A DNA stretch of 64,000 bases from Nymphaea colorata (GCF_008831285.2 NC_045138.2:14260001-14324000), one strand, 5' to 3'; positions 51,555 to 64,000 are shown, numbered from the stretch's first letter. A program made the numbers and translations. Notes: generated from the sequence alone by a model not told the origin.

Positions 51555-53629
51555 TCAATCCCTGAACAACAGACAAAGCAAGAAGTTACTACTAACAAAC
51601 AACAAAGCCACCAAGAAAATAAGTTACCAAGGTAGAAACATATTAGAAGATAACTGAAGAGATAAGCCGCTCCAGAAAAGAAACGGGGTAGGGGGCAGAT
51701 GCTGAGGATGAGATCCAGTAAATAAATCATAAGGTACACAAAGAACAATGTCCAATCGAGTAAGACCATTATCTACCTAAACCGCAAAAGCTTAGAGAAG
51801 AAAAAATTATAAGCTTTTGCAGTTTAGGTACACAATAATGACAATCGGGTGAAAATGATAATGTCATACCAGTACTTGATCATTCCATCCCAGCCGCATG
51901 TAGCAACTTTACTTTGCTCCAATGGATGCCATTCGCAACCGATACACACACCCTCATGACATTTGAGAGTTCGGAAGACCTTGCAACTCTTCCAGTCCCA
52001 AAACCAGCATTTGCCTTCCCCATCTCCAGACATCACAAACCTTCCATCGGGTGAGAAATTGACCTGACAGGCATACCCAGCAACAATATGCCCAGCGAAC
52101 CTCTTCTTCTTGTTCAACTGAAACCGCTCTCTTGTGCTATATATCAGAATCTGATTGTCCAAGCTCTGAGCAGCAAGCCAGTTACCATTTGGATGAAGTG
52201 AGATGGATGGCATTGAATGCATGTGAGGCTCACTGATATACTTTATGACAACCGGGATTCCAAATTCCCAAACTCTCAGGGATTTATCATCACTGGAAGT
52301 AACAAATCTTCTGTTGTTATCGACAAAGGTAATGGTGTTAACAGCACCAAGGTGCTGATCATATTCTTGAGTGATCTCTCCAGAATTCATATCCCACTGA
52401 ACAATCTTCTTATCGCTCATTCCAGCAAGAAGCACGTTCTGCTTGTCTTCATCAGGATTGAGCTTAACCACATACGGAATTTTACCAGTAGAAAATGTGG
52501 AGATCACCTTTCCCGTCTCTGTATCCCACAACTTGATGTTCTTGTCATAACCAGCACTCAGAAACTTTGTACCATCATTCGAGAAAGTGATATCTCGGAC
52601 CGCCTTCGCATGGCCCATGTAAGTTCTCATGCATTTACCAGAGTTGAACACATCCCAAATCTTCACTTTTGTATCCATACCAGCTGAGAGAAGAAGATGC
52701 CCATGTTTCGGGAAGAATCTGATGGCTGCAACACCCTTGGTGTGCCCACTCCAAGTATGCACCCACCTCTTCGGAATGTAACAATGGTCGTTTGTAGCCT
52801 TGGCATCCTTAGGAGGAAGGATCCAGGACCTCCCCTGATAGTCCCGTTCTTCTTTCCCGTGAAAGGTGCTCTTTTCCGTGACTTCCGTGATACCACTCTT
52901 CTCCCTCTCAGCTGCTGCTTTCTTCTGAGCGTGCTCCTCGGCGTATTTCTTCTGCTCCTCCGTAAGTTCAGTCTGAACCTCATCTTTCTTCCCCGCCCAA
53001 GGGCTCTTCCGATTTTTCAAAAGCCATTCTTGAGTCTCTGGGTTGTCAACTTCAGGACCCAAATCTTCCTTCTCGCCCTCTTCCTCATTCTTCTGCAACT
53101 CCGTCTTCCTCCTCTTCTTCTGTTCATTCTTCGGGACGTTGTACACAGACAGGCCACTGTTCTTCTGAAGCGCATCTAAATCGCCAATATACTCGCTTCC
53201 CACATACCCCGACGGGTCCGCAGCATAGCCATACTTGTGAAACGTGTTATACTGCTCATCAAAGAGAAAGGGCTCGATCGACGCGTTCTCCACGAACCCC
53301 AATTTGTGGTTTCTCATCCCCTCAGCAACCCCATCTTTGGCATACGGGTGCGAGGGGCCATAGATGGGCGCCCAGAGTTGATCGAAGGTCGGGTTGAACG
53401 AAACCAGATGCTGAACGGGATCGATGGGTTTCTCAACATTACGGGAAAGGTTAGGATCGGCGACCCCTAGTGCGACCACAGCGTCGTCTACCTGGGGAGC
53501 GGAGCTCTTAGAGGGCAACTCCAACCTCATCGGCGAAGAATCCGGCGAAGAGGGCTGCGAACCGGAACCAGACGGCCGTTCCGGACTAGATTCTTCACTG
53601 TTCTCTTGGTAATTTTGTATCAGATCCAT
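51555..53629 (-). CDS. CDC40: Pre-mRNA-processing factor 17 (CDC40/PRP17, WD40); coding exons 53629-51870 and 51561-51555
   Basis: ATG at 53629 (gccATGG, MDLIQNY). Motifs include [60 protein letters not shown] and [22 protein letters not shown]. The donor TG|GTATGA at 51869 and acceptor ttgttcAG|G GAT TGA at 51562 restore the family-typical C-terminal 'YWD*'. Confidence 0.93.
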
Positions 53630-55126
53630 GGCTGCCCAGAGAAAGCACAAAAGACGACCGACGACAAAACGTATAATCAAAAGAGAAGTTGCCCAAAAGG
53701 GAATCCGAGCTCTTCCGTGAAACCACCAAGGGAAAACCAACCGAACATCACAACAGAAAAACTAAACGAAGAAATCAAACGGAATCGTCGTAATAATACA
53801 AACGTTCTCCATACAAGTAAAAAATGATTTCTTTTGAACAAGACGGTTGACGTACTTTTTTCGCCTGATGGAAGAAGAAGAAAGAGGTCGCTCAGGATGG
53901 TGATAAGAAGAAGAAGAAGAAAAATACAGTGGACAAAGAAGACGCTTCCAAGATAGAGAGAAAGAGAGAGAGAGAGAGGCGGCTCACCGTCATCCGGCGA
54001 TGTATGACGAAGCGTATCGTTCGCAGACAAAAACCCTAAAGTTTCCCGGTTCGAATAATAATTTCCTTGTTCCCCCCTTGTTGTCTCTGAGCGCTGGAGA
54101 GGAGATGACTCGACTAGCTGATGCCCCGAGACTCAGAACGACTCGGACGGCGGGGTTTCTTCTTCCTCCGAAAAGCAAATGTAGCCAGAGCCCGCCTTAT
54201 CCAACAAAAAGCTTCTCCAAACTCGGATCCTCAACCGAATCGCTTTCGTCCATTTCAATTGATCCTAAAACTCGGAAACAAAGTATGAATAAATATAAAT
54301 AAACGGTGTTGTTATAATTGCATAAATTATTCTTTCAAATTTTCGAACAGCCAAGACATATGAAATCCAATTTTAATAGAATTCCAATTACAAATACTCG
54401 CTATATATATATATATATATACACGGATCGGATCGGCATCACCTCTGTTTTCGCCTGCATTCCGAGTCGATTTTTTTTATCCAGCCCCTCATATGGTACC
54501 TGACTCAGCCCTAGGGATTAATTGCAAAATTTTCTGTGTAATTGTATTTGTAAATCAAATTTTAAACATCCCCCAAAAAACTTATATATGATGCAGAACC
54601 CATAAGTACATGGTCAACTAAAACTGGATGTTCATGTCTTTAAGCATTTAGAAGTAAATTGAACAGACCAAAAAGTTTTAGTTTTTATAATTTGTTCAAC
54701 GACCCTGATTCATTGTAGAAGTAAATTAAAATATAGAGTTTGACACCAAAGCTGGAAAATCAAATTTACCAAGTTTATTTGGCAGTAGATGGCACTTGTT
54801 TATAAGGAGAAGATACTGTGATTTGGTTTGCCTTTCCAAATATCATGTTCAGTAAAATTGCTGAAATATGCTGACCAATTTCCAGATTTGGAATCAGTGT
54901 TATGTATAACTGATACTAAGCATCATTGATCTTCATTTCTACATTTATATTCATATTGCTCATGTAAATTAGATGTATATATATATCTGAACCAAGTACA
55001 AACCAAATACAAGAAGTGCTAAGCTACAGAATGCTATGGCTGTTTGTCACAAATTTATTCGCAGTAGCAGACACGAAAGCTTCTTAGACAAAAGGCGCTG
55101 GTTGACAGAGGAAACTCCTGAACAGA

Positions 55127-57488
55127 TCAACCTAATAAATATGCGTACAACATTTCATTCCATATGTCAGGCACACCAGGCAGGCACCAATGGCTGCAAT
55201 CCAGGCCATGGAGGTTAACGTGCTGTCTTTCTTCCTCACTCAGCACGTGAGTGTATAGCGAAGGATGCCCATCTCGGCGCAGCGCCGACATCGTGGAGAT
55301 CTCTTGGAGATGTACTGGAAACCTCATCGTCTTCATCACTTGTTGTTGCACTAGGAGTTCTACTGGCAAGCGATGCCGCGGCTGGAACTTCTGCAAGGGT
55401 TTCTGCTGGTGGTAGCATTTGCCTCCATCTCTCCTGCGGCTCAGAAACTCACAATGATCACGGTCACGGTAAAAATTGAGTCACTGGAAGCTGTAGTTTC
55501 TTCTTAGCATTACATGACCATACAATTTAATGACACGACAGTAAGGACTTCAATCTTACCCTCAGAGAGAGAGAGAGAGAGAGAGAGAGGAATACCCATT
55601 ATGAAAAGGGGAGAAGCTTCTGAAAATGACTCGATTTCTTTCAGGGTTGAGGTTCAAGTCTACCCATCTAGCCCATGTGGAGAGACCCTTCTGGTATGCG
55701 ACCATTGGGTTCAGGCTGGTGTAGGCTTTGTTCCCTTCCATCATAACGTCCCATCTGCAAAAGAGAGAGATTACAGAGGGCTGGCCTACTCTTCTGGATA
55801 GACATGAATAGAAACAGTTCAAATTCCGAAAGAAAGTAGTTCTTGATGTCAAAATTTGTCTACATAATCAATTCTTCTTCTATAGAAAGTAGGGATGTGT
55901 GCAGTTTGCACCCAAAACACAACGTCTAAAGAGTCCAACCTACTCTTATTTTCCCAATCATATTTAGATTCCGATTCAGTCATAAACCTGTCAAACATGA
56001 GATTTAATTAACATCAACCACCACATGTGAAAAGCATATTGTTCAAAAGAGAATGTGAGCACCCATCTCGAGTTCAGAGCTCCTTTTAATCCAAATTTCA
56101 GGAAAAATTTTGCCAATCACAATTATGCAGTTTTGATTCGTTTAAAAGAAAACTGTAAAAAACAGAGATTTGGGGTCACCATTTTGATGAAGCTCTCGAC
56201 ATGGCTTATATATAAAGAAGCACGGTTAGAGAGACCAAAATTTACTGTTCAATGTGTGAAAAGCAGTCTTTCCAGGCTTACGATTTCCATTTGCCGGTGT
56301 GTATCCACCAGTGAGCTGAGTCGAACACGAGAATGTCCACTCCCCTCCAGTATCGTGCATTTTCTTCAATGGAATCTAAGTGCAGTATCCTCCTATTTCC
56401 TGGTCCAACCTTCAGCTCCACAAGAAAGGGAGCCCAGAAAAATTCAATCGATGCTTCAAAATCCTGCAACCAATCGTTTTGTCAAAGAATATGACAAGAA
56501 GCTTATGGACTTGAAGAAAAACTCTCATACGCTTGATAGAAAATTTTCTTATGCCATACAGACAAAAATTTTCATATGCAGAAATTTTTCCCTGCAACGT
56601 TTTCCTTTCACATGAGATTATGCCAAATATGCAACAGAAATCGACTTCTATGACACGGAAACACTAAATATGGTTCGGACTCATGGAAGAGAGAAGGGTG
56701 AAGACGTACCAAGGCATGAAAAGCCATAGAGGGGCCATGGAAGGTCAGGGTCTTTCTGCTCTTGGGTAGAACTGCCTCAACCATGCAGACCAATGATTCC
56801 CATTGGCTTCTCATGATAGAGTCTCCAACGAACATGATCCTTTTCCTCCTCATCCTTCCAAGAAAATCCAATGAATTGAACCTGAACCAAGAAAGCAAAT
56901 GAGACGTATCATCCATGATTCACCATCAGTTCAGAATGCAATCGCCTGCAAAATTTATTCTGCATGAGCTATACATGGGTTGCATGCTCAAACTCTGGTC
57001 CAAATGCATCTCATGTTAGTTTTGTCGCAGGCTTCCATCTCCCTCTCTCTCCCTCTAATAATGCAAGTGCAGAGCAACAAAACCATCTGCAGGAGTACAG
57101 CTAACACTGGACAAGTTACATACCTAGGGATAGAGCAGCTGCTTGGTTTCCACTTCCATCTTTGATAATCGGAATCTGGCCGCCCGTTTCGCCAACAATT
57201 CACTTTGGAGCTAAGGTAATTGCAACTTGGATAGTACAATGGGTATGAAGGATCATAGACCCATTTCCCAATTGACAGGTCACACCTTTGTCTGTAGTTT
57301 TGGCTATTCATCACCACATTAGCGTCTCCTTCTTTTGCCGCCTCCTCCTCATCCAACCAAGAGCCTGCCAAGAGACTGTGGCTGAGTTGAAGACTTTCTC
57401 CATGAGAGCTTCTTAAAGCGATGAAGGAGAAGCAGAGCAATAAGAGAAGGAAGATAGAGGAGAAACATGGAGCGGGGATGTCACCCAT
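55127..57488 (-). CDS. TBL36: Trichome birefringence-like O-acetyltransferase (TBL36-like); exons 57488-57124, 56881-56710, 56463-56282, 55754-55596, 55433-55127
   Basis: It has an N-terminal TM/signal segment and the PMR5N domain CDLSIGKWVYD..YPLY...NGRPDSDYQRWKWKP. It also has the GDS motif FVGDSIMRSQWESLVC, EFFWAPFLV, FDSAHWW, LRRDGHPSLY and DCSHWCLPGVPDIWN (DxxH). All introns are GT-AG and in frame. The TBL family is secure; the number 36 is less so. Confidence 0.88.
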
Positions 57489-59298
57489 TTTTGAATGCAG
57501 GTGTGGGGTAGCAACTCAGCCAATATAAGAGCTTAAGAGGTTGAGGGGCCTGGTAAAAGTAAGCCCTAGTTTTGCTATCTCATGGTTCCTTGATCACCTT
57601 TCCTTGCAGTGCCTTTCCAAAGTCCTCCTAGACTTACGGGCATTTTGATTTTGACAGATGCATCTCTGCCTAAACACGACAGGCCAAATTACTCTTGCCT
57701 TTTTACATTTAAGGCAGATCCATTTTTTTCTTAGAATTAACTATGACCAGCAGCTTATCATAATTTGTTTGTTGCAAAATAGCTATTGAATTGGAAAGTA
57801 TACATTTACATCATATGATCTAACTTCTAAGTTCCTCTCTTGACTAAGAAGATTCTACCAGAGAAAACAGTATTCTGTATCTGCAAATTTACCCGCAGTC
57901 ACCCAATTGAAACTGGCAAGCAAAGGGCGATGGTGGAAATGAATATGTTGTTTGATTATAAGGCGGGGACATAGAAAAAACCCAAAAACAAGTAATAAGA
58001 ATTCAACCTAGTTGAAACGGTTGAAGAAGACCTCATATTCTGACCATACATCAAAAAGAGACATGGTAATAATGAAGGGGAAAAAGATGATGACTTTCTT
58101 CCCTTTTCTTTCCAGGCCTAACTAATTGATAGGCGTGGACATCAATGGCAGTTACTTGGGCATTTTAATGGAGATTGCTGAATTTATGCAAGGAGTTATG
58201 GCTTGAGTCACGGGAACATGGGTCAGGTTGGTGCTTATGATGCTTGGCACTCAAAATTGTCTGGCTTTTCTCTTCACTGTGATTGCCACGGCCATCATAT
58301 CTCTCTCCCCCTTTCTTGCAGGTAAACAGTAAGGCTAAATAAAGTTCAGTAGCGTGAAGATTCAGGCAGCACGAACCAAGCACCATAATGGCCCTTGCAT
58401 CATGAAACTGGAATGGAATAAATTTCTTGGTGACATCCGGTATGAATATGTTCCCACTGAATTGGAAGCACTTGCTGTTTAGAAAAAATCAAGTGCTCTC
58501 GACAGGTGATCTTTTTTATCATAGTCATAACATTATCATTTTCACAGTTCAGACAGTGAGGTTTTTTTCAGCTACAATATATCGAGGAAAAATACGTAAA
58601 TTTTAAAAAAATCTCAAAAATTAAGAAAAAATAAAATGAATGAGAAACTAACAAGACCATGCTTTTTATTCCAAAAGAGAAAAGGAATCTTAACTGTTAC
58701 GCATCCTGTTTCTAGTGTGTTCTTAAGGCTAAGGAACCTATACTGTTTCCATTCGTAGATAACAAGACGGGTAGGATTGAATTACAATCAGGCTTGCCTT
58801 AGAAGTCTTGATTAAGCTTGGTCTAATCTCATTCTCGTTTATAAAACATATCTCAAACATAGATTTAAGATCTTGAATATAAATTGGTAATTGACATGTA
58901 GTTAGATTCTATTTAGTTGGTAGTTGGATTACATTTGATGCAGTACATGCAGACTATACTTCTGAGTTCTGTCACAAGCTTTGCACCGGCTTCAGATGTT
59001 GGCCATTTGCAAGATTATGTGCAAACATCATGATTTATCATCACATTGTTATGCGCAAAGTAGAATGTCACGTTCACGAGATGTGGTTTAAACAAGATGT
59101 TTGATAAGAACAATATTATGTTTTTATACTATAAATGATTATGAAACAACAACATGGTTTATCGTTAGAAAAAAAAAAAAACGCATATTTTTTGAAACTA
59201 GATTATATTGCTTTTGGTATTAAAAGCAACAACTTGATTCCTAAAATGAAGTTTTTGACAACTGGGTATGAGGCCATTGATAAGGCCCGACAAGAAGC

Positions 59299-59773
59299 CA
59301 CGTGGATTGGATCGAGGTCAAGCACGTGAATTGAGTACAGATCCAACTCGGATCTACTTTCGTCATTTTCGTTGAAGAGGGAACTGCCATAACACGTGGT
59401 CCAAAGATCCGGGGCTCACTGATCCAACTAGGAAATAGATCCGTTTCCGTTCTGGACACATATTTCTAATTTCCAAATTTACAACGAAATTTGTTTATTT
59501 TGCTTTCTGTATTGTTAAAATCAAAGGTGTTTCATTATGTAAAATCAAAGGTGTTTCGTTATGTTATGCTTTAAAATCAAATTATCGTCATTTTCACGTG
59601 ATAAACTGATGAAGGCTTGGTGCCTTAGGCCGATATTTTGCAACTAATTGTGAAATTTAAATTAAAGCGATTTGAAAGAGATGGATCTGGATTTGGATCG
59701 AGGTGGACTCTGCCAGTGGACTACCAAGTGAGTTGGACGGCATTGCTGCTTTCGAGCATTAACAGACCACGTG
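59299..59773. promoter_or_regulatory. Cluster of five G-boxes (CACGTG) upstream of MVD
   Basis: CACGTG at 59299, 59323, 59393, 59595 and 59768. Confidence 0.55.
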
Positions 59774-60137
59774 GAGTCGGCAATTGTGCAGATCCAAGTC
59801 CAAATCCAAACTTAATTCCGGTGGGCCACGAGATTTGGACCCGACTCCACGAACAGAACAACCGAATCGGACCTTTTTAAAATGCCTTTTCCGCCAACAT
59901 CGCCCAAGAACGAAACGCACGGTAAAAGAGCGAAATCTCTCTCTCTTTCTCTCTCTCTATCTTTCTGTGTGCCAGTGGGGGGAGGACTAGTTCCGATCTG
60001 TCTTCCATTTTTTCGGCATTTCCTGGTTTGTCCTGGAATCCGAGAAAAACAAAGGAAGAACGAGATAAAGGAAGGGAGGATTTCTGGTTTCGGGATTTTG
60101 GATTTGTTTTTCTGGTGGTTTTTGTTGGGCAGGAAAG

Positions 60138-63100
60138 ATGGGAGTGGGAACGGAGAGCTGGGTGGTGATGGCGACGGCGAGATCTCCGACCAACATAGCG
60201 GTGATAAAGTACTGGGGTAAGAGGGACGAGTCGCTCATCCTGCCAATTAACGACAGCATCAGCGTAACGCTCGACCCTGACCATCTCTGCACCACCACCA
60301 CTGTTGCCGCCAGCCCCGCGTTCGACTCAGATCGCATGTGGCTCAACGGCAAGGTTCCTACTTTCCTTACTTTGGTTTTCCGCCTTATTTTTATTCGTCG
60401 CCGTTGTCATCAGTATCTTTCTTTCTTTCTCGTGATTTGGCTTTTTATGACGTTTTCATTCGAGCAGATCGTTGTAGTACTTTATGATCCAGTGGTTACT
60501 CTTTCTCTGTCTTTCTGTTTTTTGATTTTTTTTTTTTTTGAAAATGTTTTGTGACGTGGCTGTTTTGGCTCATCGTTTACGAATGTAGCAGCCATTCTTT
60601 TTTCGAGTCTCGAAGGAATCTTTCCTTTTTTGGTTACGAAAGTGATAGGTACTTTGTGTTCCGTTGTTTTAAATGATGTTTCGAAGCTGGAGTTTAAATA
60701 CTTATCTGTTCTAAGAGAATTTGGTTAGTCAAAACCTTTCAGTTTTAATCTCATAGAGTTCTAGACATTTTGTTTTGTTATACTTTTTATTTTCAGTAAC
60801 GATCATTATTGTATACCTTGTTTAAAATGGTATTACGATGGTTTTTGTGATCTTAATGACTATCATAATTTTCTTATGGAATATTGTTGTAATTGAGTAT
60901 GTCCATAAGTTTGATCAATAACTTTCGTTCTTTTCTTGTCCTATGGTTTTGTTTCGTACATTTTTTTCCCGATAACAGAGAATCCACTCACCCAACAGTG
61001 TAAATTTGTAAATTTCGAGATAGAGGCTCCTTGAACCCCGTAACCTTTACCTCGGACAATCATACTCGGTTCTGTGAGCAGGGCTGACTTCCTGTTTCAT
61101 TAGCGAACAAAAATCCCATTTTCCCAAAAGAATGCCATGTTTCTCTCGTAAAGTTTTTCTTTTACTGGTTTGTTAACCATGTGGATTGAAGCACTTGCTC
61201 TCTCATTTTGTTTTTTGTCTTTTGTTTCTTCTTTCTTGGGTAGAGCAGGAGATCTCTCTTTCTGGAGGAAGATTCCAAGCCTGTCTCAGGGAAATTCGCA
61301 AACGTGCACATGACGTCACAGATGAGAAGAAGGGACTTCGTATTAGTAAAGAAGATTGGCAGAATATCCATGTCCACATCGCTTCTTATAACAATTTCCC
61401 TACTGCGGCCGGATTAGCTTCCTCAGCTGCGGGCTTTGCATGCTTAGGTAAAAAGGGGACCATAGTCTGACTCTTCACTTTGTAAATTATTTTGTTAAAG
61501 GTTTGATGCTTGACCTGTGCTTGAGTAGTTTGAATTCTACCTATCGCTTACACTATCAGCATCAATCTCCACATATTTTTACTTCTGCAGTCAAACACAA
61601 CTGCCTGTCGCTTGATACTTTGAGTTATTATCAATTACTTAGTTAGTGTTGGATGATTTAGTGTTCCTTTATAAGTAGTTTGGCTTGATCCTAGTTAATA
61701 TGACATTGCACAGACACACACAAATACATGGACATGCATTAAGACAGGTATGCGTCAACCTCTGTTTCGGTAGTTTGAATTTTACCATTTCTGACATCAT
61801 CATTCTTCTGCATGTATTTACACTCTTGCAGACAAGTACATGACTGACGTTTTAATTTCTGAACCAGTTCGCCAGGCTGGATGCTTTAGTTTTTCTCTTC
61901 TGTTATTTGTATTGAAACCCATTTATATAATATGACAAACAAATAGACAAACATGCATGGATCAGATCAAAATTTTGGTACTAGAATGTGCCAGCCTTTC
62001 CTCTATGCTATGTCTTCTGGATATGTTGACCAGATTTATCACACAAATCTGAATAAACATTGAAAGAAATTATAGACTAGGACATCAAAAAAGAGCTTGA
62101 CCTTTTTCCTGTTAATTGCAATTTATGTTTGTATTCATGTATTGTGATACTTTCACCATCTAATTCTATAAAATTGTATAAATAAGATTCCTTTTTTGGT
62201 AACAATAATTTGCACATGTCTAACCTGGTCTTGTTGATCTGTAGTTTTTTCTCTTGCAAAGCTAATGAATGTCTCTGAAGAATATGGGGCGCTCTCTGCA
62301 ATTGCAAGGTTTGTCATGATAGATATGTGCATCCCATGACAACATAAACATGCAGATGTACAGCATTGGAGTGTGCAATTTGCCACTTCCTTGTAACATC
62401 ACTGGATAGCATGCATAGACAATTTCGGTTGAACATATCATTCAGTTGTGCCGTTGTAAGCTATGTTTCCCCCCTTGTAACTTCACATGTGGATTGGTTT
62501 GCCTTACAGGCAAGGTTCTGGAAGTGCTTGTCGAAGTCTCTATGGTGGATTTGTCAAGTGGGTGATGGGCAATGTAAGTTTTATGGTTCAAGTCCGCTAT
62601 ATATTCAGTCTTGGTTGTTATAAGTCAATCTTTTAACATTATATTTTTTTTCTTCAAGGATTCATCAGGAAGTGATAGCATTGCTGTACAGCTGGTCAAT
62701 GAAGCTCATTGGAGTGACCTTGTTATTCTTATTGCAGTGGTAGATTTCCGCTTGCACCTTAGACCAAACATAGATGAGAAGACTGTGATTTCTGTTTTCT
62801 GTTTTAGTTTTACATTTATGTCTCATCTATAAGCTTTGCACTTAGTTGGTTTTGCTTTGTTTTTCTTACTGTTCTGTTGCTACCCATTTTATTCTAAATC
62901 TAGAAAAGAGGAAAGATGATTTTGGAGAAAAGGAAAGGGGAAGTGGGATATGTTCTGTTCTCGAAGTGTAGAGGTCTGTATTAGGATTTAGTTCAAATGA
63001 AAAGATGTGTAAAGACCATAGCTAGTAGAGCAGTTTACTAATGCAGTAAAACCTGGGCTGACATGAGCATAACTTGAGTCGCATTGACAAATAATCTCAC

Positions 63101-64000
63101 AGAGAAACTTATTCCGCAACAGTAATTTGTGCATCATAGAGACCATAATGCTGACTTTTTTTTATACAAGGAAGCCATAAGGTGGAGTTTGTGCACCTGT
63201 GACGGTCATCCAGATAACTAGTTTTCTGGAGACTTGTATGTTGTCACTGATCTTCAGATTCTTATAATTCTATCCATGCTGCAGGTAAGTTCCCGTCAAA
63301 AGGAGACAAGTAGTACTACTGGAATGCGTGAAAGTGTTGAAACAAGTCCACTGTTGCATCACCGATCAAAGGTAAAAATTTAACTAGTTATGGATGCTTT
63401 CCTGAAATTCTGTGGTATAATATACAAGGGACTTGCATAATATTTTCTAGAATATTGAATTTTTCTGATGTTAAGGTGGGAAGTAGATTTTCTATTAATT
63501 TATCCTGTCATGTATCGTTTTCCAATGCTTATATACTGCTTAGTGAAGAATAAACCCTGCTACATACAACATTACTTGGTGAATGTACAGTCACATGGGT
63601 TTAATTCATGCAAATTTATTTTATTTGTATGGATTTAGCAAATCAGAACGAGATGCTGCTTATTGCCATTTGTTTGGATGAAAACTGAACTGTATTTGTG
63701 AAAGTGATTATTTGTTTTGTCTGATGCGAAATACCTGATTTCATAGGATAAATTCTTGTTAGTTTTAGAATTTTAAAAGCCTTTTTGCCTAAGTAGTTTG
63801 TCATTCACAGGTTGTAGTTCCTAGCTTTTCATAGGATTAAACCATTTCTAGATTCTAGTTAGTTTTAGAATTTTAAAAGTTTTTTTGCCTAAGTAGTTTG
63901 TCATTCACAGGTTGTAGTTCCTAGCCGCATAGTGCAAATGGAAGAAGCTATAAGAAGCCGTGATTTTGCATCTTTTGCAAGTCTAACTTGTGCAGATAGC
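60138..64000 (+). CDS. MVD: Diphosphomevalonate decarboxylase, 3' truncated by the window end; exons 60138-60353, 61249-61447, 62245-62308, 62510-62573, 62659-62739, 63285-63371, 63911->64000
   Basis: Motifs: [103 protein letters not shown] and [13 protein letters not shown]...LTCADS. All introns are GT-AG. Confidence 0.96.
63740..63925. repeat. Tandem duplication (100-bp period) of an MVD intron 3' end plus the first 15 nt of the exon
   Basis: 'gttagttttagaattttaaaag..tttttgcctaagtagtttgtcattcacag gttgtagttcctagc' occurs at ~63758 and ~63858. Confidence 0.95.

Noticed and set aside
53630..53740. Hydrophobic N-terminal extension of the CDC40 ORF (638-aa track ORF)
   Set aside because: It has a non-ATG start and lies in the U-rich candidate 5'-UTR intron.

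Overview
This is a flowering-plant nuclear genomic window with spliceosomal introns, AG/AT microsatellites and MITEs. It is not prokaryotic, and I see no CRISPR array, rRNA or intact tRNA. I reconstructed seven protein-coding genes by hand from splice sites and reading frames. On the plus strand: an intronless F-box/LRR gene (At1g67190-like), a 12-exon TGA bZIP factor (TGA9/LIGULELESS2-like) and diphosphomevalonate decarboxylase (MVD), which runs off the window end. On the minus strand: a 2-exon membrane-associated dual-specificity phosphatase, a ~15-exon plant SAGA-subunit-like gene (SCS1/SCS2 family), the splicing factor CDC40/PRP17 and a TBL36-like O-acetyltransferase. The 44.5-50 kb intergenic block holds four copies of a hAT-like MITE in inverted pairs, a second TIR element and a probable bZIP62-like gene fragment with a premature stop. 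I found no clearly new biological system. The best leads are splicing oddities: a duplicated decoy acceptor and a recursive-splice-like CAG|GTAAGT exon start in MVD, introns hugging both ends of the CDC40 ORF with an intron-split uORF, and a GC-AG intron in the SCS-like gene. A G-box cluster upstream of MVD and the TE/gene-fragment block also merit a look. Family assignments come from recalled motifs, not from database searches.
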